Of a DNA stretch of 46,519 nt, positions 35,191 through 46,425 are shown one piece after another; positions within the stretch are counted from its first letter, which is position 1; every line of letters starts with the position of its first letter. Below the pieces are notes generated by a model, which did not search any database, was not told the origin of the DNA, and saw nothing but the letters and a program-made list of their open reading frames with translations. The stretch is taken from contig JAJXTF010000001.1 in the NCBI GenBank assembly GCA_021784125.1, forward strand, positions 1-46,519, written 5' to 3'. The translations under genes and the position numbers were made by a program. Origin of the DNA: Pseudomonadota bacterium (lineage in GTDB: Bacteria > Pseudomonadota > Gammaproteobacteria > Burkholderiales > Casimicrobiaceae).

Positions 35191-37533
35191 ATGCTTAACA
35201 TCGAAATCGACGGCAGGGCAGTGCAGGTGCCCAATGGCAGCACGGTGATGGATGCCGCGACCAAGCTCGGCATCTACGTGCCCCATTTCTGCTACCACAA
35301 GAAGCTGTCGATCGCCGCGAACTGCCGGATGTGCCTGGTCCAGGTGGAGAAGGCGCCCAAGCCGCTGCCGGCCTGCGCCACCCCCGTCACCGACGGCATG
35401 AAGGCATGGACGCACTCGGAGCAGGCGGTCAAGGCCCAGCAGGGCGTGATGGAATTCCTGCTGATCAACCATCCGCTCGACTGCCCGATCTGCGACCAGG
35501 GCGGCGAATGCCAGCTGCAGGACCTGGCCGTCGGCTACGGCGGCTCCGCGTCGCGCTATCACGAGCCCAAGCGCGTCGTCGTGCACAAGAGCATCGGCCC
35601 GCTGGTCTCGGCGCAGGAGATGACGCGCTGCATCCACTGCACCCGCTGCATCCGTTTCGGGCAGGAGATCGGCGGCATCATGGAGCTCGGGATGATCGGG
35701 CGCACCGAGCATTCCGAGATCGTCACCTTCGTCGGGCGCACGGTCGACTCCGAGCTCTCGGGGAACATGATCGACATCTGCCCGGTCGGCGCGCTGACGT
35801 CGAAGCCTTTCCGGTTCGCCGCGAGGACCTGGGAGCTCGCCCGGCGCAAGAGCGTGTCGCCGCACGACGGTCTCGGCAGCAACCTCGTCGTCCAGGTGAA
35901 GAACGGCAAGGTGATGCGCGTCGTCCCGCTCGAGAACGAGGCCGTCAACGAATGCTGGATCTCGGACAAGGACCGCTTCTCCTACGAGGCCCTCGGCAGC
36001 GACGAGCGCCTGACCGCGCCGATGATCAAGCAGGGTGGCGAATGGAAGACCGTCGACTGGGCGACGGCGCTCGAGTTCACCGCTAACGGCCTCGCCGACG
36101 TCGTCGCAAAGCACGGCGGGGATGCGCTCGGCGCGCTGGTGTCGCCGCATGCGACGCTCGAGGAAATGGCGCTGGCCGCGAGACTCGCACGCGGCCTCGG
36201 CAGCGACAACGTCGACTTCCGCCTGCGGCAGGTCGATTTCCGCGACGATGGCGCGCGCCAGGGCATCCCCTGGCTCGGCATGCCGATCGCGGACGTCCAG
36301 AAGCTGGATCGCGCACTGGTCATCGGCAGCTTTCTGCGCAAGGACCACCCGCTGTTGGCGCACCGGTTGCGCCAGGCCGCGAAAAAGGGCGCGCAGGTCA
36401 CCTCGCTGCATTCGGTCGACGACGACTGGCTGATGCCCGTCGCCCATCGCGCCATCGTGCCGCCTTCGCTGCTGCCCATGCTGCTCGCGGAAATCGTCGT
36501 CGCCGCGGCCCAGGGCGCAGGCAAGGCCGTACCGGAGGCGCTTGCCGGCATCGAGCCCACCGCAGGCGCGGAAGTGATCGCCGCCAGCCTGCTGACCGGC
36601 GAGCGTCGCGCGATCCTGCTCGGCAACTACGCAGTCCAGCACACCGAGGCCTCGCAGCTCGCCGCGCTGGCGCAGGCGCTCGCCGCGATCACCGGGGCGA
36701 CGCTCGGCGTGCTGACCGAGGCCGCCAACACCGTCGGCGGCCTCGTCGCGGGCGCGCTGCCGCAGCGGGGCGGCCGCAATGCGCGGGCGATGCTGGGCGA
36801 CAGCGGCACCGAGCCGCGCCGGGCCTACGTCGTCGTGCAGGCCGAACCCGAGTTCGACTGCGCCAATCCGGTGGCGGCCCGCGCGGCATTGCAGAAAGCC
36901 GATTTCGTCGTGGTGCTCAGCGCATTCCGCCACGGGCTGAAATACGCCGACGTGCTGCTGCCGGTCGCGCCGTTCACCGAGACCTCCGGGACTTTCGTCA
37001 ACTGCGAAGGCCGGGTGCAGGGATTCCACGGCGTGGCCGTGCCCGCGGGCGAGACGCGCCCGGGGTGGAAGGTGCTGCGCGTGCTCGGGACGACGCTGAA
37101 GCTCCCGGGCTTCGATTTCGAGACGTCGGAAGCGGTGCGCGACGCCACGCTTGCGGAGGGCGGCGACCTCGCGTCGCGGCTGTCCAACGCGACGCGCACG
37201 CCGATCGCGGCGCCCGCGACCTCCGCCGCGCCGGTCGAACGCGTCGCGGACGTGCCGATCCATTTCGCCGATCCCCTGGTGCGGCGCGCGGCATCGCTGC
37301 AGGAGACCGCGGATGCGCGGCCGCCGAGGGCGAGGCTCAGCCGCACCCTGCTCGATTCCCTCGGGATCGCCGAAGGGGCGCAGGTCAAGGTCAGGCAGGG
37401 CGGCGGCGAGGCCGTGCTCACGACCCAGGTCGACCCGGCCGTGCCGCCGGGCGTGGTGCGCATCGCGGCCGCGCATCCGTCGACCTGCGGCCTCGAGGGC
37501 CTGTCCGGCCCGGTGACGGTGGAGCGCGCATAG
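35191..37533 (+). CDS. nuoG: NADH-quinone oxidoreductase subunit G
   Basis: [34 protein letters not shown]. Confidence 0.98.
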   Translation: MLNIEIDGRAVQVPNGSTVMDAATKLGIYVPHFCYHKKLSIAANCRMCLVQVEKAPKPLPACATPVTDGMKAWTHSEQAVKAQQGVMEFLLINHPLDCPICDQGGECQLQDLAVGYGGSASRYHEPKRVVVHKSIGPLVSAQEMTRCIHCTRCIRFGQEIGGIMELGMIGRTEHSEIVTFVGRTVDSELSGNMIDICPVGALTSKPFRFAARTWELARRKSVSPHDGLGSNLVVQVKNGKVMRVVPLENEAVNECWISDKDRFSYEALGSDERLTAPMIKQGGEWKTVDWATALEFTANGLADVVAKHGGDALGALVSPHATLEEMALAARLARGLGSDNVDFRLRQVDFRDDGARQGIPWLGMPIADVQKLDRALVIGSFLRKDHPLLAHRLRQAAKKGAQVTSLHSVDDDWLMPVAHRAIVPPSLLPMLLAEIVVAAAQGAGKAVPEALAGIEPTAGAEVIAASLLTGERRAILLGNYAVQHTEASQLAALAQALAAITGATLGVLTEAANTVGGLVAGALPQRGGRNARAMLGDSGTEPRRAYVVVQAEPEFDCANPVAARAALQKADFVVVLSAFRHGLKYADVLLPVAPFTETSGTFVNCEGRVQGFHGVAVPAGETRPGWKVLRVLGTTLKLPGFDFETSEAVRDATLAEGGDLASRLSNATRTPIAAPATSAAPVERVADVPIHFADPLVRRAASLQETADARPPRARLSRTLLDSLGIAEGAQVKVRQGGGEAVLTTQVDPAVPPGVVRIAAAHPSTCGLEGLSGPVTVERA

Positions 37534-37535
37534 CC

Positions 37536-38597
37536 ATGGCGGACCTGCTCGCACCGCTGCAGAGCGCGATGGGTGCGTGGTGGCTCCCGGTGTGGACGAT
37601 CGTCAAGGTCGTCGTCATCGCCGTGCCGCTGATCATCGGCGTCGCCTACCTGACCTACGCCGAGCGCAAGGTCATCGGGTGGATGCAGGTCCGCATCGGA
37701 CCCAACCGCGTCGGTCCGCTCGGCCTGCTGCAGCCGTTCGCGGACACGCTGAAGATGCTTTTCAAGGAGATCGTCGTCCCGTCGGGGGCAAGCCGCGCGC
37801 TGTTCTTCGTCGCGCCGATGCTCTCGCTCGCGCCGGCGCTCGCGGCCTGGGCCGTCATGCCCTTCACGGGCACGCTGGTGCTGTCGAACATCAATGCGGG
37901 CCTGCTCTACCTGCTGGCGATGACCTCGCTGGGCGTCTACGGCATCATCCTCGCGGGCTGGGCGTCGAATTCCAAGTACGCCTTCCTCGGCTGCCTGCGC
38001 TCGGCGGCGCAGATCGTGTCCTACGAGATCGCAATGGGCTTCGCGCTCGTCGGCGTGCTGATGGCGGCCAACAGCCTCAACCTGTCCGACATCGTCGCGG
38101 GCCAGGAAGGGGGCGCAGCGTACTGGTACATCTGGCCGCTCTTCCCGCTGTTCGTCGTCTACCTGGTGTCGGGGATCGCCGAGACGAACCGTCATCCTTT
38201 CGACGTCGCCGAAGGCGAATCCGAGATCGTCGCCGGGTTCCACGTCGAGTATTCGGGGATCGGCTTCGCGCTGTTCTTCCTCGCCGAATACATGAACATG
38301 ATCATGATCGCGGCGCTCACCTCGACCCTGTTCCTGGGTGGCTGGCTGGCGCCGCTGCCGATCCTGAACGAGATCGACGTGCTTGGGTACCACCCGTTCG
38401 GCGACGGCATGCTGTGGCTCGCGGTCAAGTGGGCGTTCGTGCTGCTGATCTTCCTGTGGATCCGCGCGACGTTCCCGCGTTATCGCTACGACCAGATCAT
38501 GCGCCTGGGCTGGAAGGTGTTCATCCCGGTGACGCTCGTCTGGATCGTGTTCATCGGCGCCATGATGCAGACCCGCTATGCGGGCCTGTTCCACTAG
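37536..38597 (+). CDS. nuoH: NADH-quinone oxidoreductase subunit H
   Basis: [37 protein letters not shown]. Confidence 0.98.
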   Translation: MADLLAPLQSAMGAWWLPVWTIVKVVVIAVPLIIGVAYLTYAERKVIGWMQVRIGPNRVGPLGLLQPFADTLKMLFKEIVVPSGASRALFFVAPMLSLAPALAAWAVMPFTGTLVLSNINAGLLYLLAMTSLGVYGIILAGWASNSKYAFLGCLRSAAQIVSYEIAMGFALVGVLMAANSLNLSDIVAGQEGGAAYWYIWPLFPLFVVYLVSGIAETNRHPFDVAEGESEIVAGFHVEYSGIGFALFFLAEYMNMIMIAALTSTLFLGGWLAPLPILNEIDVLGYHPFGDGMLWLAVKWAFVLLIFLWIRATFPRYRYDQIMRLGWKVFIPVTLVWIVFIGAMMQTRYAGLFH

Positions 38598-38618
38598 CTG
38601 CGGACGGCGAGGCGACCC

Positions 38619-39110
38619 GTGTTCCAGCGCATACGCGAATTCTTCGGCACCTGGCTCCTGATCGAGCTCCTGAAGGGCATGTCGCTCACCGGGCGGTACA
38701 TGTTCGCGCGCAAGATCACGGTCCAGTACCCCGAGGAAAAGACGCCGCAGAGCCCGCGCTTCCGCGGCCTGCATGCGCTGCGCAGGTACCCGAACGGCGA
38801 GGAGCGCTGCATCGCCTGCAAGCTCTGCGAGGCGGTCTGCCCGGCACTCGCGATCACCATCGAATCCGCGCAGCGCGATGACGGCACGCGCCGGACCACG
38901 CGCTACGACATCGACCTGACCAAGTGCATCTTCTGCGGTTTCTGCGAGGAGAGCTGCCCGGTCGACTCGATCGTCGAGACCCGGATCCTCGAGTACCACG
39001 GCGAGCGCCGGGGCGACCTGTACTACACGAAGGAAATGCTGCTGGCGGTCGGCGACCGCTACGAGGCGCAGATCGCCGCCGATCGCGCCCAGGACGCGAA
39101 ATACCGCTGA
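38619..39110 (+). CDS. nuoI: NADH-quinone oxidoreductase subunit I
   Basis: [12 protein letters not shown] and [12 protein letters not shown]. Confidence 0.98.
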   Translation: MFQRIREFFGTWLLIELLKGMSLTGRYMFARKITVQYPEEKTPQSPRFRGLHALRRYPNGEERCIACKLCEAVCPALAITIESAQRDDGTRRTTRYDIDLTKCIFCGFCEESCPVDSIVETRILEYHGERRGDLYYTKEMLLAVGDRYEAQIAADRAQDAKYR

Positions 39111-39148
39111 ATGCAGATGCCGCCACGGTCCACGACAACGCGCGCCCC

Positions 39149-39748
39149 ATGAGCTTCCAGACCTTCACCTTCTATGCATTCGCGGCGATCCTCGTCTTCG
39201 CGGCGCTGCGCGTGATCACGACCCGCAACCCGGTGCATGCGGCGCTGTGGCTCGTGCTTTCGTTCTTCACGGCCGCCGGGATCTGGCTGCTGCTGCAGGC
39301 CGAGTTCCTCGCCATCGCGCTGGTGCTGGTCTATGTCGGCGCGGTGATGGTCCTGTTCCTGTTCGTCGTCATGATGCTCGACGTCAACTTCGACAGCCTG
39401 CGCCAGCATTTCAGGAGCTTCCTGCCCGTCGGCACGGCCGTGGGCATGCTGGTGCTGCTCGAGATGGCGCTGGTCATCGTCGGCAGCGCCGTCGGGCGCA
39501 CGGTGAGCGCACCCGCAGCGCCGGCCGGCAGCAACACGCAGGCGCTGGGCATGCTGCTGTACGTCGATTACGTGTATCCGTTCGAGATCGCCGCGGTCGT
39601 GCTGCTGGTCGCGATCATCGCGGCGATCGCGCTGACGCACCGCAAGCGCAGGGAAATGAAGCACCAGGATCCGTCCGCGCAGGTCAGGGTGCGGGCGAGC
39701 GAGCGCGTGCGGCTGGTCAGCATGCCATCGGAAAAACCGCCGGTCTGA
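39149..39748 (+). CDS. nuoJ: NADH-quinone oxidoreductase subunit J
   Basis: [29 protein letters not shown]. Confidence 0.97.
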   Translation: MSFQTFTFYAFAAILVFAALRVITTRNPVHAALWLVLSFFTAAGIWLLLQAEFLAIALVLVYVGAVMVLFLFVVMMLDVNFDSLRQHFRSFLPVGTAVGMLVLLEMALVIVGSAVGRTVSAPAAPAGSNTQALGMLLYVDYVYPFEIAAVVLLVAIIAAIALTHRKRREMKHQDPSAQVRVRASERVRLVSMPSEKPPV

Positions 39749-39819
39749 TCCGGCACGTGCGCGATGCGTTCGCGGCCCCGTCGCAGGGCCGTCGCGGGCG
39801 CGTCGCACAGGGAGAGCGA

Positions 39820-40140
39820 ATGTCACTGCCGGGCGCACCGACACTTGCGCACTACCTCGTGCTGGGGGCGATCCTGTTCGCCATCAGCATGGCCGGCATT
39901 TTCCTCAACCGGCGCAACGTGATCATCATGCTGATGGCGATCGAGCTGATGCTGCTCGCCGTCAACATGAACTTCATCGCCTTCTCGCACTACCTCGGCG
40001 ACATGGCGGGACAGGTCTTCGTCTTCTTCATTCTGACCATTGCCGCCGCCGAATCGGCGATCGGGCTGGCGATCCTGGTGCTGCTGTTCCGCAACGCAGG
40101 GTCGATCGACGTCGAGAAGTTCGGGCGCCTGAAGGGATGA
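39820..40140 (+). CDS. nuoK: NADH-quinone oxidoreductase subunit K
   Basis: [23 protein letters not shown]; SD GGAG. Confidence 0.97.
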   Translation: MSLPGAPTLAHYLVLGAILFAISMAGIFLNRRNVIIMLMAIELMLLAVNMNFIAFSHYLGDMAGQVFVFFILTIAAAESAIGLAILVLLFRNAGSIDVEKFGRLKG

Positions 40141-40147
40141 GCGGCCG

Positions 40148-42151
40148 ATGACCATGCGCGATCTCTACCTCCTGGTGCCGCTCGCGCCGCTGGCGGCGTC
40201 GGTCGTCGTCGGGCTGTTCGGCCCGAAGCTCGGCCGCAGGCTGTCGCACTGGCTGTGCATCGTCGGCGTCGCGGTCTCGTTTCTGGCCTCGATCGCGATC
40301 GCGCGCGACGTCCACGCCGGTCACGTCTTCAACGGCGACGTTTACACCTGGCTCGCGTCGGGCAGCTTCAAGATGGCCGTCGGCTTCCTGATCGACCCGC
40401 TGACGGCGACGATGCTGATCGTCGTCACGTTCGTGTCGCTGATGGTGCACGTCTACACGGTCGGCTACATGGCCGACGATCCGGGCTACACGCGCTTCTT
40501 CTCGTACATCTCGCTCTTCACGTTCTCGATGCTGATGCTCGTGATGAGCAACAACTTCATGCAGCTGTTCTTCGGCTGGGAGGCGGTCGGGCTGGTGTCC
40601 TACCTGCTGATCGGCTTCTGGTTCGAGCGGCCGACGGCGATCTACGCGAACCTCAAGGCCTTCCTCGCCAACCGGGTCGGCGACTTCGGCTTCGTGCTGG
40701 GCATCGGCCTCGTGCTGGCGTACTTCGGCAGCCTCGACTACGCACCGGTCTTCGCCAGGGCGGGGTCGATGGCAGCCACGACGATCTCGCCCTGGGGCGG
40801 GACCGAGTGGTCGCTGATGACCGCGATCTGCATCTGCCTGTTCATCGGCGCGATGGGCAAGAGCGCGCAGGTGCCGCTGCACGTGTGGCTGCCCGACTCG
40901 ATGGAAGGCCCGACGCCGATCTCGGCGCTGATCCACGCGGCGACGATGGTCACCGCGGGCATCTTCATGGTCGCGCGGATGAGCCCGCTCTTCGAATGGT
41001 CGGAGACTGCGCTGTCGTTCGTCACGGTGATCGGCGCCACGACCGCGCTGTTCATGGCTTTCCTCGGCATCGTCCAGAACGACATCAAGCGCGTGGTCGC
41101 GTACTCGACGCTGTCGCAGCTGGGCTACATGACGGTGGCGCTCGGGGTGTCGGCGTACTCGGCCGCGATCTTCCACCTGATGACCCACGCGTTCTTCAAG
41201 GCGCTGCTGTTCCTCGGCGCAGGCTCGGTGATCATCGCGATGCACCACGAGCAGGACCTGCGGCGCATGGGCGGCCTGCGCAGGTACATGCCGATCACCT
41301 ACGTGACCGCCGTCGTCGGCTCGCTTGCGCTCGCGGGAATCCCGCCGTTCGCCGGCTTCTACTCGAAGGACGCGATCATCGAGGCGGTGGCCCTGTCGCA
41401 CGTCGGCGGGCATCGCTACGCGTATTTCGCGGTGATGGCGGGCGTCTTCGTGACCGCGTTCTATTCGTTCCGGATGCTGTTCCTCGCCTTCCACGGCGAA
41501 GAGCGCTTCCGCGCGCATGCTGCCCCGAATGCGCACGGCCACGACCCCGGGCACGACGCACATGCCCACGACGCCGGACCGCCGCGGGAATCGCCGTGGG
41601 TCATCACCGTGCCGCTGGTCCTGCTCGCGATCCCGTCGGTGTTCGCCGGCTGGGCCTTCGTGCAGCCGATGCTCTTCGGCGACTGGTTCGGCAACTCGAT
41701 CTTCGTGCGCGAGCCGCACGCCGTGCTCGGCGAGCTCAAATCGGAGTGGCACGGGCCGCTCGCATTCGCGCTGCACGGCCTCGCCAGCGCCCCGTTCTGG
41801 CTGGCGATCGCGGGCATCGCAACCGCGGCGTACCTGTACCTGGTCAATCCGGCGATGCCGGCAAGGATCGCAGCCCGCTTCCGCGCCATCGACGCGCTGC
41901 TCGACAACAAGTACTACTTCGACCGCTTCAACGACTGGTTCTTCGCGGGTGGCGCGCGCTGGCTCGGCAACTTCGCGTCGAACTACGGCGACCGGACGAT
42001 CATCGATGGCTGGGTCGTCAACGGCTCCGCCAGGCTCGTCGGGATGGCGTCGCGCGCGTTCCGGCGGATCCAGTCCGGCTTCGTCTACCACTACGCATTC
42101 ATGATGATCGTCGGGGTGTTCGGCCTGCTGTACTGGTGGGGGGTCCGGTGA
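40148..42151 (+). CDS. nuoL: NADH-quinone oxidoreductase subunit L
   Basis: GKSAQVPLHVWLPDSMEGPTPISALIHAATMV, THAFFKALLF. Confidence 0.98.
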   Translation: MTMRDLYLLVPLAPLAASVVVGLFGPKLGRRLSHWLCIVGVAVSFLASIAIARDVHAGHVFNGDVYTWLASGSFKMAVGFLIDPLTATMLIVVTFVSLMVHVYTVGYMADDPGYTRFFSYISLFTFSMLMLVMSNNFMQLFFGWEAVGLVSYLLIGFWFERPTAIYANLKAFLANRVGDFGFVLGIGLVLAYFGSLDYAPVFARAGSMAATTISPWGGTEWSLMTAICICLFIGAMGKSAQVPLHVWLPDSMEGPTPISALIHAATMVTAGIFMVARMSPLFEWSETALSFVTVIGATTALFMAFLGIVQNDIKRVVAYSTLSQLGYMTVALGVSAYSAAIFHLMTHAFFKALLFLGAGSVIIAMHHEQDLRRMGGLRRYMPITYVTAVVGSLALAGIPPFAGFYSKDAIIEAVALSHVGGHRYAYFAVMAGVFVTAFYSFRMLFLAFHGEERFRAHAAPNAHGHDPGHDAHAHDAGPPRESPWVITVPLVLLAIPSVFAGWAFVQPMLFGDWFGNSIFVREPHAVLGELKSEWHGPLAFALHGLASAPFWLAIAGIATAAYLYLVNPAMPARIAARFRAIDALLDNKYYFDRFNDWFFAGGARWLGNFASNYGDRTIIDGWVVNGSARLVGMASRAFRRIQSGFVYHYAFMMIVGVFGLLYWWGVR

Positions 42152-42161
42152 GGACTGCGCG

Positions 42162-43634
42162 ATGACCCCGTACCTCTCGCTGTCGATCTGGGTGCCCATC
42201 GTCGCCGGGCTGGCGGTGCTCGTGGTCGGGCGCGACCGCGATGCCGCGTTCGCGCGCTGGATCGCCCTTGCCGGCGCCGTCGCGGGATTCCTGGTGACGA
42301 TTCCTCTGTACGCCCATTTCGACACCTCGACTTCGGCGATGCAGTTCGTCGAGTACGCGTCGTGGATTCCGCGCTTCGGCATCCACTACCACCTGGGCGT
42401 CGACGGCATCTCGGTGCTGTTCATCCTGCTGAACAGCCTGATGACGGTGCTCGTCGTCTGGGCCGGCTGGGAGGTGATCACGACCCGCGTCGCGCAGTAC
42501 ATGGCGGCGTTCCTGATCATGTCGGGCCTGGTGAACGGGGTGTTCTGCGCGCTCGACGGCATCCTGTTCTACGTGTACTTCGAGGCGATGCTGATCCCGA
42601 TGTACCTGATCATCGGGGTGTGGGGCGGCCCGAACCGCGTCTATGCGGCGATGAAGTTCTTCCTGTACACGCTGCTCGGCTCGCTGCTGATGCTGGTCGC
42701 GCTAATCTACCTCTACAGCGTGTCGGAGAGCTTCGAGATCCTGCAGTGGTACAAGGTGCCGCTGGAGATGGGCGCGCAGATCCCGCTGTGGATCGCCTTC
42801 TTCCTGGCCTTCGCGGTCAAGGTGCCGATGTGGCCGGTGCACACCTGGCTTCCCGACGCGCACGTGGAGGCACCGACGGGCGGCTCGGTCGTGCTGGCCG
42901 CGATCACCCTGAAGATCGGGGCGTACGGCTTCGTGCGCTTCATCCTGCCGATCCTTCCCGACGCGTCGCGCCTGCTCTCGGGCTTCGTCATCGCGCTGTC
43001 GCTGATCGCCGTCATTTACATCGGCTTCGTCGCGCTGGCTCAGTCCGACATGAAGAAGCTGATCGCCTATTCGTCGATATCGCACATGGGTTTCGTGACG
43101 CTGGGCTTCTTCCTCTACAGCCAGCTGGGCGTCGAGGGCGCGCTGGCACAGATGCTTTCGCACGGTTTCGTCTCGGCGGCGATGTTCCTGTGCGTCGGCG
43201 TCATGTACGACCGGATGCATTCGCGGCGCATCGCCGACTACGGCGGTGTCGTCAACACGATGCCGAAGTTCGCCGCGTTCATGATGCTGTTCGCGATGGC
43301 CAATGCCGGGCTCCCCGGAACCTCGGGTTTCGTCGGGGAGTTCCTGGTGATCCTCGCCGCGGTGAAGGCGAATTTCTGGCTGGGTTTCGCGGCTGCGGTC
43401 ACGCTGATCCTCGGCGCCGCCTACACGCTCTGGATGTACAAGCGCGTGATCTTCGGGCCGGTTGCGAACGTCAACGTCGCCAAGCTGACCGACATCGGAC
43501 GGCGCGAATTCTGGCTACTGGCGGTGCTGGCGGTCGCAGTGCTCGGCATGGGGATCTGGCCCAGGCCATTCATCGACGTCATGCACGTCTCGGTCGCCGA
43601 CCTCCTGCAGACCGTGGCCCGCTCGAAGCTCTGA
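42162..43634 (+). CDS. nuoM: NADH-quinone oxidoreductase subunit M
   Basis: VKVPMWPVHTWLPDAHVEAPTGGS, GFVGEF. Confidence 0.98.
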   Translation: MTPYLSLSIWVPIVAGLAVLVVGRDRDAAFARWIALAGAVAGFLVTIPLYAHFDTSTSAMQFVEYASWIPRFGIHYHLGVDGISVLFILLNSLMTVLVVWAGWEVITTRVAQYMAAFLIMSGLVNGVFCALDGILFYVYFEAMLIPMYLIIGVWGGPNRVYAAMKFFLYTLLGSLLMLVALIYLYSVSESFEILQWYKVPLEMGAQIPLWIAFFLAFAVKVPMWPVHTWLPDAHVEAPTGGSVVLAAITLKIGAYGFVRFILPILPDASRLLSGFVIALSLIAVIYIGFVALAQSDMKKLIAYSSISHMGFVTLGFFLYSQLGVEGALAQMLSHGFVSAAMFLCVGVMYDRMHSRRIADYGGVVNTMPKFAAFMMLFAMANAGLPGTSGFVGEFLVILAAVKANFWLGFAAAVTLILGAAYTLWMYKRVIFGPVANVNVAKLTDIGRREFWLLAVLAVAVLGMGIWPRPFIDVMHVSVADLLQTVARSKL

Positions 43635-43635
43635 C

Positions 43636-45084
43636 ATGCCCACCGAACTCAACGCACTGGCCGCACTGCCCGAGATCGTCGTCCTGACGGCGGCGGCCTC
43701 GATCCTGCTGATCGACCTGTTCGTGCCCGACGATCGCCGCCACGTCTCCTACTGGCTGACGCAGCTGGCGCTGCTGGTGGCCGTCTGCGTCACGCTGACG
43801 ACGCTGCGACTGGATTCGGTCACGGCCTACCACGGTCTCGTGATCGACGACATGCTGGCCGACTTCCTGCGCATTGCGTGCTTCCTCGCCGTCTCGCTGA
43901 TCCTGTTCTACTCGCGCAGCTATCTCGTCGCCCGCGGCATGTTCCGCGGCGAGGTGTTCGTGCTGATGCTGTTCGCCCTGCTCGGCATGCAGGTGATGAT
44001 CACCGGCAACAACCTCCTCACGCTGTACCTCGGGCTCGAGCTGATGTCGCTGTCGCTCTACGCGCTGGTGGCGTCGCGCCGCGACGATGCCCGTTCGACC
44101 GAGGCGGCGATGAAGTATTTCGTCCTCGGCGCGCTGGCGTCTGGCATGCTGCTCTACGGAATGTCGATGATCTACGGCACGACCGGTTCGCTCGATCTGG
44201 GCCGCGTTGCCCACGCGATCTTCGCCCGGCAGGGCAGCCCGGCGCTGCTGACGCTCGGGCTCGTCTTCGTCGTCGCCGGTCTCGCGTTCAAGCTCGCCGT
44301 CGTCCCGTTCCACATGTGGGTGCCCGACGTCTACGAGGGCGCGCCGACCCCGATCACGGTCCTGATCGGCACGGCGCCGAAGATCGCCGCCTTCGCGATG
44401 GCGCTGCGCCTGCTGTCGACCGGGCTGCAGGGCGCGTCGTTCGACTGGCAGGGCATGTTGATCGTGCTGTCGGTGCTGTCGATGGTGCTGGGCAACCTGA
44501 TCGCGATCTCGCAGACCAACATCAAGCGCATGCTGGCCTATTCGACGATCGCGAACATGGGCTACATGCTGCTGGGTCTGCTGACCGCCAACCGCTACGG
44601 CTATTCCGCGGCGATGTTCTACGTCGTGACGTATGCGCTGACGAGCCTCGCCTCCTTCGGCGTCGTGATGCTGCTGTCGCGCCACGGCTTCGAGAGCGAC
44701 CGGCTGGACGACTTCAAGGGCCTGAACCAGCGCTCACCCTGGTGGGCCTTCATCATGCTGCTGGTGATGTTCTCGCTGGCGGGACTGCCGCCCACGGTCG
44801 GGTTCTACGCCAAGTTCATGGTCATCGAGGCTGCGGTCAGCGACGGCTTCGTCTGGCTGGCGGTGATCGCGGTGATGACCTCGCTGATCGGGGCGTTCTA
44901 CTACCTGCGGATCGTCAAGCTGATGTATTTCGACGAGCCGGTCGAGACGCTGCCGATCGTCGTGCGCGGCGACACCCAGCTCGTGCTGTCGGTCAACGGC
45001 CTGCTGCTGCTGCTGCTCGGGATCCTGCCCCAGCAGCTGATCGGCCTGTGCGCGATCGCGTTGACGCAGTCGAACTTCCCCTGA
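43636..45084 (+). CDS. nuoN: NADH-quinone oxidoreductase subunit N
   Basis: EAAMKYF, FKLAVVPFHMWVPDVYEGAP, KRMLAYS, SLAGLPP. Confidence 0.98.
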   Translation: MPTELNALAALPEIVVLTAAASILLIDLFVPDDRRHVSYWLTQLALLVAVCVTLTTLRLDSVTAYHGLVIDDMLADFLRIACFLAVSLILFYSRSYLVARGMFRGEVFVLMLFALLGMQVMITGNNLLTLYLGLELMSLSLYALVASRRDDARSTEAAMKYFVLGALASGMLLYGMSMIYGTTGSLDLGRVAHAIFARQGSPALLTLGLVFVVAGLAFKLAVVPFHMWVPDVYEGAPTPITVLIGTAPKIAAFAMALRLLSTGLQGASFDWQGMLIVLSVLSMVLGNLIAISQTNIKRMLAYSTIANMGYMLLGLLTANRYGYSAAMFYVVTYALTSLASFGVVMLLSRHGFESDRLDDFKGLNQRSPWWAFIMLLVMFSLAGLPPTVGFYAKFMVIEAAVSDGFVWLAVIAVMTSLIGAFYYLRIVKLMYFDEPVETLPIVVRGDTQLVLSVNGLLLLLLGILPQQLIGLCAIALTQSNFP

Positions 45085-45117
45085 CCGCAAGGGGCGGGGG
45101 CCCCCGGAAGGAACGCC

Positions 45118-46347
45118 ATGAGTGCATCACAGGGAGCGGACGCGACGCCGAGGGTGTCGCGGCGCTGCGAATCGCTCGGCACGGAGAACGCGTTCGTCGT
45201 GCTCGCGGAGGTCAACGCCCTGGTCCGCGAGGGCAGGGACATCGTCTCGTTCTGCATCGGCCAGCCCGATTTCCCGACGCCGCGCAACATCCAGGAGGCA
45301 GCGATCGCGGCGATCCGAGGCGGCAAGCACGGCTACACGCCGTCGGCGGGGATCGACGAGCTGCGCGAGGCGGTCGCGCGTGACCTCGGGCAGCGTCGCG
45401 GGCTGGACATCCGCCCGGAGGACGTCGTCGTCGGCGCCGGCGCCAAGCCTTTCATCGCCTACACGATCGCCTCGGTCACCGACTACGGCGCCGGCGACGA
45501 GGTGATCTACCCGGTTCCGGGCTTCCCGATCTATGAATCGCAGATCATCGCCAACGGCGCGGTGCCGGTCCCGATCTTCCTGCGCGAATCGCGCGATTTC
45601 GCCTTCGATCCTGCCGAGCTCGAGGCGAAGATCACCGACAAGACGCGGCTGCTGATCCTCAACACGCCGCAGAACCCGACCGGCGGCATCCTCGGTGCGG
45701 CTGATCTCGATGCGATCGCGGAGATCCTCGCGCAGCACCCGCAGATCTGGGTGTACGCCGACGAGATCTACTCGCGGCTGGTCTACACCGGCGCGTTCGA
45801 CACGCTGGCCCGGCGACCCGGCATGCAGAAGCGCACGATCATCGCCGACGGCGCATCGAAGACCTGGGCGATGACGGGGTGGCGCGTCGGCTACGTCGCC
45901 AACCGCGCGCTCGCGCCGGCGTTCACCCGCTGGATCACCAACACCGAGTCCTGCGCGTCGCAGATCTCGCAGTGGGCGGCAGTCGAGGCGATCAACGGGC
46001 CGCAGGATTCGGTCGTCGAGATGCAGGCACGCTTTGCCGAACGTCGGGAACTGATCGTCCGCCTGCTCAATGCTGTGCCGGGAGTGTCCTGCAGGAGCCC
46101 GGGCGGGGCGTTCTACGCCTGGCCCAACGTGACCGAGGCCTGCCGGCTCGTCGGGGCCGCCGATTCCGAGGTGCTGCGCAAGCGCCTGCTGCACGAAGCC
46201 GGCATCGCCGTGCTCGCCGACATCCACTTCGGCCGGCGGGTGCCCGGGGACGGGCAGCACATCCGGTTGTCGTATGCGGCGTCGAACCACGCGATCGAGG
46301 AGGGCGTCGCGCGCCTCGAGGCGTTCGTGCGCAGGAACATGGGCTAG
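45118..46347 (+). CDS. PLP-dependent aminotransferase class I/II (aspartate aminotransferase-like)
   Basis: GQPDF, GAKP, NTPQNPTG, DEIY, SKTWAMTGWRVG. Confidence 0.93.
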   Translation: MSASQGADATPRVSRRCESLGTENAFVVLAEVNALVREGRDIVSFCIGQPDFPTPRNIQEAAIAAIRGGKHGYTPSAGIDELREAVARDLGQRRGLDIRPEDVVVGAGAKPFIAYTIASVTDYGAGDEVIYPVPGFPIYESQIIANGAVPVPIFLRESRDFAFDPAELEAKITDKTRLLILNTPQNPTGGILGAADLDAIAEILAQHPQIWVYADEIYSRLVYTGAFDTLARRPGMQKRTIIADGASKTWAMTGWRVGYVANRALAPAFTRWITNTESCASQISQWAAVEAINGPQDSVVEMQARFAERRELIVRLLNAVPGVSCRSPGGAFYAWPNVTEACRLVGAADSEVLRKRLLHEAGIAVLADIHFGRRVPGDGQHIRLSYAASNHAIEEGVARLEAFVRRNMG

Positions 46348-46366
46348 GGGGCGCCAGCAACGCAAC

Positions 46367-46396
46367 GCAAACGGGGCGCCGCGGCGCCTCGTTTGC
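46367..46396 (+). terminator. Terminator-like hairpin after the aminotransferase
   Basis: GCAAACGGGGCGC-CGCG-GCGCCTCGTTTGC: 13-bp stem with one G-U pair. Confidence 0.65.
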
Positions 46397-46425
46397 TTCG
46401 TATCCGATCGCGCTGTGCGGCTAGT

